This document shows, one piece after another, positions 1 to 7,509 of a stretch of 52,361 nucleotides of DNA. This stretch comes from Pseudomonadota bacterium (GTDB taxonomy: Bacteria; Pseudomonadota; Gammaproteobacteria; Pseudomonadales; Moraxellaceae). Under the pieces are notes generated by a model that did not search any database, had not been told where the DNA came from, and saw only the letters and a program-made list of their open reading frames with translations. Each line of letters opens with the position of its first letter. Position 1 is the first letter of the stretch. Location: the NCBI GenBank assembly GCA_021804485.1, contig JAJZHM010000001.1, positions 1 to 52,361 of the forward strand. Direction: 5' to 3'. Position numbers and translations under genes: made by a program.

Positions 1-105
1 GTCGAACCGTCTTCGCTGCCAGAGCTGCGCTCGATCAGCAAAGCGACGGGCTTTGTTCGCGCCGACCTGTGGCGGCGCTACGGTGGATTCTGCTGGCGCA
101 ACTGA
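1..105 (+). CDS. 3' end of an edge-truncated ORF of unknown function (...ELRSISKATGFVRADLWRRYGGFCWRN*)
   Basis: Frame 1 is open from the window edge to TGA at 103-105. The segment is about 65% GC, against about 50% in the rest of the window. Frame 3 is also open, to TGA at 204-206, so the frame call is uncertain. No family recognised. Confidence 0.2.
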   Translation, partial: VEPSSLPELRSISKATGFVRADLWRRYGGFCWRN

Positions 106-202
106 GCGTCAAAAGGCTTCAGTTGGGCGGCGAAAGCCGCGTCAACGAAGTGCGGATCAATCCTATGAGCAACTTTGCTCTAGTTTTTAGGAGCAGTGCA
201 CC

Positions 203-1240
203 ATGATCAGTGTTGAAGATCAACGGGAACTGGTTGCAAGTATTCGAGACTTTGTCGATGCGAAGGTTGACCAGGTGCCCTCTGGTGAAAGCGTACATGA
301 GATTACCGTCTTTCTGGATTCAGTGGCTCGGGAGCTTAAGTCTCTTGGAGTCGTAGGTCCGGAAGAGACAGGCCTCTGGCGCTGTGGTTATGCCATGACA
401 GCCGGGGTCCTGTCTCAACTGGCGCGACTCGATGCCGGCTTGGCCTTTGTCTTGCATCGACAGGCGCTGCTGTCTGTTGTGTGTGAGGACAGGGAGGGAT
501 GGGGTGTGGATTCTTCGGTTGGCAGTTGCTGGCATGGTCGTTACGGCATCGGTCGGGGTGGCCTGAGGATCTGGTGGCAACAACCCGAACAGGTACCTGC
601 AGAACTCATCGATGTTTTTGATGCCCGCTCAGCCCGCCTTGTACTGATTCATGCAGCGCAGCATCAGGTTCTTCTGCCCGTCTGGAGTCCTCAAGGGTTG
701 TATCTTTACCGGGTGGATGTTTCCCGATTGCCACAGGTGCCACATCTCGGATTGTGTTATCTGCGTGCCGTTCAGGTCGTGCCGGAGTTCGGTGAACGTC
801 TAGAACCAACCCTTTCGGCTCGCTGGTCTCAACAGTGCTGGCAGCAAGAGTGGCTGGCCCTGCTGTCCATACAGTACGGTTGTCTGGTTCAGGCTTTGGA
901 GCGCGCTCGTGCCTACAGCCAGATTCGCAAGCAGGGGGGGTGTATGATCGCTGCACATCCTGCTGTACAGCAACTTCTTGGCGAGGCTGAGCATGCGCTT
1001 ATGACCATGTGTATGTTCCTTGACCAGACGCAGGAGACACCGGCGTTTGAGTTTTCCCTGCTGCGACAAAGGCCCTACCTGGATGCAATGATCCGCAAGG
1101 GTCTGGATGCCTGTCTACAGGTGCTGGGAGGTTCAGGCTATATGCTCGATGCAGGTCTTGCCCGTCCCTGGCAGGATGTTCATACCCTCGGTCAACTGTC
1201 TGGCGGTCGACTGGACATGCTGGCATTAGCGGCCAGCTAA
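203..1240 (+). CDS. Acyl-CoA dehydrogenase-like protein, degenerate (lacks the TEPxxGSD and EGT motifs)
   Basis: AGGAG lies 9 nt upstream of the ATG. The C-terminal half resembles the ACAD helical domain (RAYSQIRKQGGCMIAAHPAVQQLL, LQVLGGSGYMLD). The middle-domain motifs present in the neighbouring ACAD are absent. Confidence 0.55.
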   Translation: MISVEDQRELVASIRDFVDAKVDQVPSGESVHEITVFLDSVARELKSLGVVGPEETGLWRCGYAMTAGVLSQLARLDAGLAFVLHRQALLSVVCEDREGWGVDSSVGSCWHGRYGIGRGGLRIWWQQPEQVPAELIDVFDARSARLVLIHAAQHQVLLPVWSPQGLYLYRVDVSRLPQVPHLGLCYLRAVQVVPEFGERLEPTLSARWSQQCWQQEWLALLSIQYGCLVQALERARAYSQIRKQGGCMIAAHPAVQQLLGEAEHALMTMCMFLDQTQETPAFEFSLLRQRPYLDAMIRKGLDACLQVLGGSGYMLDAGLARPWQDVHTLGQLSGGRLDMLALAAS

Positions 1241-1251
1241 AGGAGATTTCC

Positions 1252-2619
1252 ATGCATCCTCAAGACGGATTTTTAGCTCCAGATCATTTACTTAGCCCAT
1301 GGACTGCCCTGAAGTCCCTGCCGGCAGCTTCCAGGGCGCTATGTCGATATGAGCCAAAAGACCTTTGGGAGCTTGATACCCGACGTCTGCCCATACCAAT
1401 GGCCAATTTACGGCGTCGTGCCCGATCTTTTGCCGAGGCAGTTCTCGCCCCTGGAGTTCGAGTTCTTGATGAAGCCATCCATTCAAAGCCAGGTTCCCTG
1501 CATCCACAGGCACTGCGTGTACTGGCGGAGGCGGGGCAACAAGGCTGGATGACGGGAATCTTGCCTCCGCCGCTGGGTACTGCCGGATTTGCTGAAATGG
1601 CCTTTGCTCCTCATTTTCGCTTTGCCCTGCAGGTTGAGGAATTTGCCCGGGTGGATGCCGGTCAGATGCTTTTGCTGAGTGCCCATCAGTTGGGGCTGGC
1701 TCCGCTGCTCCTGAGTATGGATCCAAAGCTTTGGTGGCGTTACCTTCGTCCTATGGTGGATGACTTTAAGAGCGGCAAGCCGCATCTGTTTGCCTATGCC
1801 ATCACCGAACCAGGCAGTGGCAGCGATGCCGAGGAGGGATTAGGTGCTGAACAGGCTCGTCCCGGAGTTGTGGCATACAGAGATGGTAAGGGCTTTCGTC
1901 TGCGTGGCCGCAAGTGTTACATCAGTGGCGGAGATGTAGCACGTACCCTCACTGTTTTTGCGGCACTGGAAGGCGAATCAATGGCAAGCTGGACCTGTTT
2001 TGTGGTTCAGTCGGATCAGCCTGGTTTCTCCTGCCAGCGTACCGAACTGAAAATGGGCATGCGGGCAAGTTCAGCGGCAGAGATTGAGCTGGATGATGTT
2101 CGGGTTGAGCCATGGGCGGTTGTCGGTGGGTTGCGCTGTGGCTGGGCACTGAATCGCGCCACACTGAACATGTCTCGTTTTCCTGTGACTGCCATGGCCG
2201 TAGGGTTGGCACGTCGCGCCTGCGAGATTGCCATGGAGTTCTGCTTGCAGCAACGTCTGAACGGCAAGCCACTGATTCAGTTTCAGGACATTCAGCTGCA
2301 GTTGGCTCAGATGATTGCACAGACTCGCGCCATACGTTCACTGCTCTGGCAAAGTGCCTCAGGTAGTTTTGTGCCGCGTCAGTCCGAAGCAAGTATGGCT
2401 AAATTCCTAGCTTCCGATCAGGCTCAAGAGGTTTGTGGCATGGGACTTGATCTGATGGCGGAAGCAGGTATTGGTTCGGATCGTGGCATGGAGAAATTGC
2501 TGCGTGATGTGCGCCTGATTCGAATTTTTGAAGGTACCAATCAGATTAACCGTCTGGGTGTTATGGAAGATCTGCAGCCGCTCTGGTTGCAGCCCCAAGA
2601 TGGCCCATTAAGCTGCTGA
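1252..2619 (+). CDS. Acyl-CoA dehydrogenase family protein
   Basis: Motifs ITEPGSGSDAEE and RIFEGTNQINRL are present, with an ACAD-like C-terminal domain. AAGGAG lies 6 nt upstream of the ATG, and the gene starts 11 nt after the previous gene. Confidence 0.85.
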   Translation: MHPQDGFLAPDHLLSPWTALKSLPAASRALCRYEPKDLWELDTRRLPIPMANLRRRARSFAEAVLAPGVRVLDEAIHSKPGSLHPQALRVLAEAGQQGWMTGILPPPLGTAGFAEMAFAPHFRFALQVEEFARVDAGQMLLLSAHQLGLAPLLLSMDPKLWWRYLRPMVDDFKSGKPHLFAYAITEPGSGSDAEEGLGAEQARPGVVAYRDGKGFRLRGRKCYISGGDVARTLTVFAALEGESMASWTCFVVQSDQPGFSCQRTELKMGMRASSAAEIELDDVRVEPWAVVGGLRCGWALNRATLNMSRFPVTAMAVGLARRACEIAMEFCLQQRLNGKPLIQFQDIQLQLAQMIAQTRAIRSLLWQSASGSFVPRQSEASMAKFLASDQAQEVCGMGLDLMAEAGIGSDRGMEKLLRDVRLIRIFEGTNQINRLGVMEDLQPLWLQPQDGPLSC

Positions 2620-2633
2620 CCGGAGTAATTGAA

Positions 2634-3377
2634 GTGATGCGTGATTTTCTCGATGTCGAACAGCATGTACGTCGTCTGCCTTCGGGGGACCTGCATCTGC
2701 CGATTCTTTATTACAACACAACGGCCTGTTTTTTGAGCTACCGGGTTCGGGCCACAGCGATCCAGGCTATGCTGCCCGAGAATCTGCAGGCATTGTCTTT
2801 TGCAGGTGGTCATGGGTTGGCAACCTTGGCTTTTTTTCACTATGTGGATACCAGTGTCGGTCCCTACAATGAAATGGGTTTGGCGGTTGCAGCATTTCCT
2901 CGTGGTCAGAACCAACGTGCCTGGAATCCGCTGCAATCCTTGATGCCTTGCATGCACGTGCTTGACTTGCCGGTTACCACCGCAGCTGCCTTGAATGCGG
3001 GCCGTCAGGTCTGGGGGTATCCCAAGACGATTGAACCCATTCAGGTCTCGATTCGGAGCCGACAACTTGATCTTTCTGTTGGTGCAAGCACGGCAGAGCC
3101 CATCATAAGGGTACATGCCAAGCTGGGAATGAGGTTACCGGGAAGGGTGCCGGACATGCTCACTGTGTCCATTCTGAACGGCCAGACACTAAGCACGCGC
3201 ATTCGCATGCGTGGCAGCATGGCAATGTATCGCTGTTCCTCCATTAGGACTGAGGTAAATGGAGAAACCCAGCTGGCCCAGCACCTGCATAACCTAGGTC
3301 TGCAGCACGCCTATCCCTTGGCGGTCCAGCTTGGACAGGGAATTCGGGCCGTGCTCCCAGAAGGCACCCCGGTTTAA
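2634..3377 (+). CDS. Acetoacetate decarboxylase (ADC)-like family protein
   Basis: The 247 aa product resembles ADC-family proteins (LPILYYNTTACFLSY..., GPYNEMGLAV, VWGYPK). Start is GTG 2634 or ATG 2637, after GGAG at 2622. It starts 14 nt after the ACAD stop. Confidence 0.55.
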   Translation: MMRDFLDVEQHVRRLPSGDLHLPILYYNTTACFLSYRVRATAIQAMLPENLQALSFAGGHGLATLAFFHYVDTSVGPYNEMGLAVAAFPRGQNQRAWNPLQSLMPCMHVLDLPVTTAAALNAGRQVWGYPKTIEPIQVSIRSRQLDLSVGASTAEPIIRVHAKLGMRLPGRVPDMLTVSILNGQTLSTRIRMRGSMAMYRCSSIRTEVNGETQLAQHLHNLGLQHAYPLAVQLGQGIRAVLPEGTPV

Positions 3378-3410
3378 ATCAGGGTGCCAGTGCCGGTATC
3401 CCTGTTTCAG

Positions 3411-3446
3411 TTCTGGGTTCAGTCTTGGGTTCAGTCTTGGGTTCAG
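3411..3446. repeat. Three tandem copies of a 12-nt unit (TTCTGGGTTCAG / TCTTGGGTTCAG x2) in a convergent intergenic spacer
   Basis: Read directly: ttctgggttcag tcttgggttcag tcttgggttcag. A degenerate copy (cctgtttcag) precedes it. The last copy overlaps the stop codon of the minus-strand gene. Confidence 0.8.
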
Positions 3447-3997
3447 TAAAGTACTGTGCAGGCCATGACCCAGACCACGATGCCCAGAGTGGCACTTAAT
3501 CCGGCCATGACCAGCAGCCAGGTGCGTTTGGTCAAGGCCGTAACCGAGGCTAGGGCTACGGCAATCTGAAACATGATCATCGCCATGGCCAGCATGCTAT
3601 GCGGTGCATCAAGCTGGGATACTTCCTTGTTGGCCTTGGCAGACTGTGCTTCGAACTGTTCGGCACTTGCCTTAATTGCAGTTTTTTGTTTCTTGTATTT
3701 GCTGATGGCCTGATCAAACTGTTTTTGTTTGCCTTCGGGCGACAGGTCTTTGGCTAGTTCCATCAGATGCATTTTGGTACTGACCGACTGATAATAGTTC
3801 CACTGATCGGTGGCGTGGGCTTTGAGTAATACGGCATCGTTTTTCTGGAGAAGGACTTCATCCATGAGCTGATTGGTCTGATAGCCAAGGATGGCGCCGA
3901 GTACGGCCAGCAGGGCCGTAAACAATGCGACCGTTTGACTTAACCGGTCTGAGCTATGATGATGGGGATGATGCACATGCAACTCGGTTTCTTCCAC
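3443..3997 (-). CDS. DUF4337-like membrane protein (His-rich N-terminus, coiled-coil, C-terminal TM helices)
   Basis: The sequence HVHHPHHHSS...ALFTALLAVLGAILGYQ...ATDQWNYYQS...MIMFQIAVALASVTALTKR matches my recollection of the DUF4337 family. Start set at GTG 3997, which has GGAG 8 nt upstream. The longer ORF to 4126 would overlap the upstream gene. Confidence 0.7.
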   Translation of the reverse strand: MEETELHVHHPHHHSSDRLSQTVALFTALLAVLGAILGYQTNQLMDEVLLQKNDAVLLKAHATDQWNYYQSVSTKMHLMELAKDLSPEGKQKQFDQAISKYKKQKTAIKASAEQFEAQSAKANKEVSQLDAPHSMLAMAMIMFQIAVALASVTALTKRTWLLVMAGLSATLGIVVWVMACTVLY

Positions 3998-4038
3998 AGT
4001 TAAGGCTCCATTCAGAAGGTGGATTGAAAAGGGGCAGA

Positions 4039-5163
4039 CTACAGGATACTTCTGTTGAAGTCGGTGTTGGGGTTGAGGTCGGGGGCGGTCTCGCGTTCCA
4101 GTACTTCGCGAGCCAGTCGGCAACACTCGTCATGGTAATATTGCCCAGCTTTGTAGGTAATGCCAAAACCCATACTGGCAGCAAGCAGCTGACCTACAAA
4201 AGGCACATAACGGGCAACTTCCTTGATGCCTTCGCTCAGCGCAAATCGTTGCAGCAGCATCATGATGCCTTCACGGCTGAGCAGGCGGATGATCTCATTG
4301 GCCAGTTGTGCCATGATTGCTACGTTCGAGTTTTTCAGGATGCCCAGACGCTCATCATTCAGACCGTAAGACGTGCGTATGTTGTCAAAAAGCTTGAGTA
4401 ACACGCCGATATCAACCGCAAGATCAACACCCGGAATGGGGTTCAATGCATTGGCGGCGGCAAGGCTGGCTGCGATTTTGATTGAGTGCGCACAAGCTTT
4501 GTGTTTTTCCTCAAGAAATTTCTCTGAGTAGGCATAAGCTGATCGATACCAGCGTGCTTTTTTGACTCCGACCAGAACATGACCAATCTGTTCTTCGAGT
4601 TGATCAATGCCACCCTCCCGGCCACCATATCGGCAACTGGTGAACAGCACCGTAATGGGCGATTCGATTCGTGACTGCAGATCAAGACGGATTCGTTCTT
4701 TAAGATTGTCCAGAGTACAGCCCTGTTCCCAAAGCTGATCTGTTTTGTTGACGACAAAAAGGCAGGGCTTGTTTCGAAGCTGCAGTTCATGAAAGAACTC
4801 CACATCGATATCACGCAGCTTTCCGCTGAGGACACAAAGAAACAAATCCGTATCCACAATTCGGAATTGATCCAGATAGCCTTCACGGGGAAACAATTCA
4901 GTTCCATAACCCGGAAGATCCCGAAACTGCATGTTGTTGATTGGATAAACCTTTGCTTCCCGGGTTCGATCGGTCTCCACACCGATTTCCGCAACCGTGG
5001 TACCCGCCAGCGCATTGATCAGCGACGACTTGCCTGCGCCAGGTTGTCCAAAAAGGTCAATCAGTACCTCAGAATGGTATTCCCGATCAAGATCAATCCG
5101 GATTTGTTCAATGGTCTGATAGAGCGTCATGCAATGATCCGTGCCTGGCGTTAGAGCCATCAT
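4039..5163 (-). CDS. P-loop GTPase with a DUF697-like C-terminal membrane-associated domain
   Basis: G1 GQPGAGKSS, G3 DLPG and G4 NKTD are present. The C-terminal half (NPIPGVDLAVDIGVLLKLF..., VPFVGQLLAASMGFGITY) resembles DUF697/YcjF-type domains. Start is uncertain (ATG 5163, 5160 or 5130). Confidence 0.75.
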   Translation of the reverse strand: MMALTPGTDHCMTLYQTIEQIRIDLDREYHSEVLIDLFGQPGAGKSSLINALAGTTVAEIGVETDRTREAKVYPINNMQFRDLPGYGTELFPREGYLDQFRIVDTDLFLCVLSGKLRDIDVEFFHELQLRNKPCLFVVNKTDQLWEQGCTLDNLKERIRLDLQSRIESPITVLFTSCRYGGREGGIDQLEEQIGHVLVGVKKARWYRSAYAYSEKFLEEKHKACAHSIKIAASLAAANALNPIPGVDLAVDIGVLLKLFDNIRTSYGLNDERLGILKNSNVAIMAQLANEIIRLLSREGIMMLLQRFALSEGIKEVARYVPFVGQLLAASMGFGITYKAGQYYHDECCRLAREVLERETAPDLNPNTDFNRSIL

Positions 5164-5422
5164 TATGCATGACTGGAGACAGAACGAAAAGATAGACTTC
5201 TCAAGGAATCCTTTAATCGGAGCAGGAGCAGATAATTTGATGCTTTTGTTTTCAGAGTAGTCAATTGGTGCTTATGTTCTCGCCAGCTTTCAAATCGCTT
5301 TAACTGTGTGAGGAAAAACAGGGGGTTCATTTGCTCTGTGTATTCGATTTGGTGTAGGTGCTTTCGTAACTATCTATATCTGATGATAAAAGTTGCTTTT
5401 AAAATGTGCAAGGACTTGCTGG

Positions 5423-5444
5423 TTCTTGACACATTCTTGATATC
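5423..5444 (+). promoter_or_regulatory. Candidate KdpE (OmpR-family) binding site: two adjacent 11-nt direct repeats upstream of the kdp promoter
   Basis: TTCTTGACACA / TTCTTGATATC share 8 of 11 positions with 11-nt periodicity. The site lies about 45 nt upstream of a TATAAA (5488-5493). A third TCTTGACA sits at 5467-5474. Confidence 0.4.
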
Positions 5445-5515
5445 CGTAACAGACAATTTTGCACCATCTTGACATCCCAATCCTTAGTATAAAGTTCCTG
5501 CTACGGGAGGTTGAT

Positions 5516-5617
5516 ATGGATATGGTATTTCTCACTTTGATCGGTGTCCTTTGGCTCGGTCTTTTCGGATTCGCCTACGGCTGTGAATGGTTGCGACATC
5601 GCAGGAGTAGGTCATGA
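5516..5617 (+). CDS. 33-aa hydrophobic mini-ORF (MDMVFLTLIGVLWLGLFGFAYGCEWLRHRRSRS), translationally coupled to kdpF
   Basis: GGGAGG lies 5 nt upstream of the ATG. The product has one predicted TM helix and a basic tail. Its stop overlaps the kdpF start (TCATGA). It is too short for the ORF track. Confidence 0.45.
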   Translation: MDMVFLTLIGVLWLGLFGFAYGCEWLRHRRSRS

Positions 5618-5706
5618 ACGGATGGCTTTGGTTCGATGCTCTGTTGTCGCTGGCGCTTTTCTGTTATTTGCTGGCGGTATTGTTATTTCCGGAGGATTTT
5701 TCATGA
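5614..5706 (+). CDS. kdpF: K+-transporting ATPase subunit F
   Basis: The 30 aa product [30 protein letters not shown] carries the KdpF-type C-terminal YL..A.LLFPE.F motif. AGGAG lies 6 nt upstream. Its stop overlaps the kdpA ATG (ATGA). Confidence 0.8.
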   Translation: MNGWLWFDALLSLALFCYLLAVLLFPEDFS

Positions 5707-7496
5707 CGACACAATCCTGGATGTTGCTGGTGGTTTACGTGCTTGTTCTTATGGTCATGGCATGGCCGCTCGGTCAGATGATTGATGCCGTTATGGCTGG
5801 CCGTTTTACCAAGGTGCGACGTTTTGAGTCGGTGATATTTCGTTGCCTTGGTGTACGAGCTGAGCAGGAGACTGGATGGTTGTTCTACAGCATCGGATTG
5901 CTGGGATTTAATACACTGGGTGTCCTGACCGTATATGCGATACAGCGCTTGCAGGGGCATTTGCACCTTAATCCGCAACATATGGCTGATATTGGTCCGG
6001 ACTCTGCGTTCAATACAGCAATCAGTTTTGTGACCAATACCGACTGGCAAGGATATAGCGGTGAAGTCAGTATGAGTTATCTTACCCAGATGCTTGCTCT
6101 TACCACGCAGAATTTCCTGTCTGCAGCCACGGGTATTGTCGTGGTTGTCGTACTCATCAGAGGATTTTTACTCCACTCAGCCCAGATGATTGGTAATGTC
6201 TGGGTTGATCTCACCCGTGTGACGCTCTGGATACTTTTGCCACTGTCACTGGTATTTGCCTTGTGTCTCGCGGGGCAAGGTGTCATCCAAAATCTGTCAG
6301 GATATAAAACGGTTCATACCCTTGAAATGCAAACTTGGCAGGAGACCCGAACGAATGATCAGGGACAGCCGATCCTTGATCATTCAGGTCAGCCAGTCAA
6401 TATGACACGAACAGGAAATCCGCAGTATCTGGCTATGGGGCCGGTGGCATCACAGGAAGCGATCAAGATGCTGGGAACCAATGGTGGCGGATTCTTTAAC
6501 GCGAACTCTGCTCATCCTTATGAAAACCCGACACCGCTCGCGAATTTCATGCAGATGATCAGCATGTTCCTGATTCCTGTCGCTCTATGTTTTGTTTTTG
6601 GGCGTATGGTTGGCGATCAGCGGCAGGGTGTGGCGATTATCTCCGCCATGCTGGCGTTGTTTCTGGTGGGGGCAGTAGCCTGTATCCATTTTGAGCAACA
6701 GGGTAATCCACTTTTCACCGGAATAGGAGTCGATCAGCAGTCAAGTGCCTTACAGTCCGGGGGCAATATGGAGGGTAAAGAGACACGTTTCGGTATTGCT
6801 GCCAGTGGGCTCTTTGCCACCATTACAACGTCAGCCTCATGTGGGGCGGTGAACGCCATGCATGAATCGTTTACTCCGCTTGGTGGCGCGATTCCGCTTG
6901 TCATGATGCAACTGGGTGAAGTGGTGTTCGGGGGTGTGGGTTCGGGACTTTATGGCATGCTGATCTTTGCCATGATGGCAGTATTCATTGCTGGACTGAT
7001 GATCGGGCGAACGCCCGAATATTTGGGTAAGAAGATCGAGGTTTTTGAGATGAAAATGGTTGCCATAGCCATTCTTATTACCCCGTTGCTGGTTCTGATA
7101 GGTACATCGGTAGCTCTGATGACGGATGCTGGACGTGCAGGCATATTCAATACTGGGCCGCATGGCTTCACGGAAGTGCTCTATGCACTGACATCCGCCG
7201 CCAATAATAACGGTAGCGCTTTTGGTGGGTTATCGACCAATACCCCATTCTATAACATTCTGCTGGCTGTTGTGATGTGGTGGGGAAGGTTTGGCATGAT
7301 TATTCCTGTTCTGGCATTGGCTGGATCACTTGCTTCCAAAAAACGACTCGAAGTTACTGAAGGGACCTTACCCACGCACGGTCCCCTGTTTATATCGTTG
7401 CTTATTGGTACGGTTTTGCTGGTAGGTCTGCTGAATTACGTGCCGGCACTAGCGTTAGGCCCATTCGAAGAACACCTGATGCTCTGGTCCCATTGA
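5703..7496 (+). CDS. kdpA: K+-transporting ATPase subunit A
   Basis: Strong similarity to KdpA ([52 protein letters not shown]). Start set at ATG 5703, after GGAGGA. The track ORF from 5544 is an upstream extension. Confidence 0.95.
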   Translation: MTTQSWMLLVVYVLVLMVMAWPLGQMIDAVMAGRFTKVRRFESVIFRCLGVRAEQETGWLFYSIGLLGFNTLGVLTVYAIQRLQGHLHLNPQHMADIGPDSAFNTAISFVTNTDWQGYSGEVSMSYLTQMLALTTQNFLSAATGIVVVVVLIRGFLLHSAQMIGNVWVDLTRVTLWILLPLSLVFALCLAGQGVIQNLSGYKTVHTLEMQTWQETRTNDQGQPILDHSGQPVNMTRTGNPQYLAMGPVASQEAIKMLGTNGGGFFNANSAHPYENPTPLANFMQMISMFLIPVALCFVFGRMVGDQRQGVAIISAMLALFLVGAVACIHFEQQGNPLFTGIGVDQQSSALQSGGNMEGKETRFGIAASGLFATITTSASCGAVNAMHESFTPLGGAIPLVMMQLGEVVFGGVGSGLYGMLIFAMMAVFIAGLMIGRTPEYLGKKIEVFEMKMVAIAILITPLLVLIGTSVALMTDAGRAGIFNTGPHGFTEVLYALTSAANNNGSAFGGLSTNTPFYNILLAVVMWWGRFGMIIPVLALAGSLASKKRLEVTEGTLPTHGPLFISLLIGTVLLVGLLNYVPALALGPFEEHLMLWSH

Positions 7497-7509
7497 GAGG
7501 AATAAGGCG

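Noticed and set aside
3411-3446. CRISPR-like array
   Set aside because: It is only three contiguous 12-nt units with no spacers and no cas genes. It is a simple tandem repeat.
3998-4126. Upstream extension of the DUF4337 ORF (track start at 4126)
   Set aside because: It would overlap the 3' end of the GTPase gene by 88 nt and encodes a Pro/Arg/Gln-rich non-homologous leader. GTG 3997 has a well-spaced GGAG.
4443-5015. 190-aa alternative-frame ORF, and the 158-aa antisense ORF at 3925-4401, in the GTPase/DUF4337 region
   Set aside because: They overlap the GTPase frame, which carries complete G1/G3/G4 motifs. No independent signals.
5164-5515. Possible riboswitch (e.g. a c-di-AMP type, as in Firmicute kdp leaders) or sRNA in the 350-nt AT-rich spacer before kdp
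   Set aside because: I could not recognise any conserved riboswitch core by eye. The region is better explained as divergent promoters plus the KdpE-type repeats. This needs a covariance-model scan (Rfam/Infernal) to exclude properly.
5544-5702. N-terminal 53-codon extension of the kdpA ORF in the track (650 aa)
   Set aside because: It overlaps the KdpF-like ORF in another frame. ATG 5703 is preceded by GGAGGA, and the KdpA homology begins there ([18 protein letters not shown]...).
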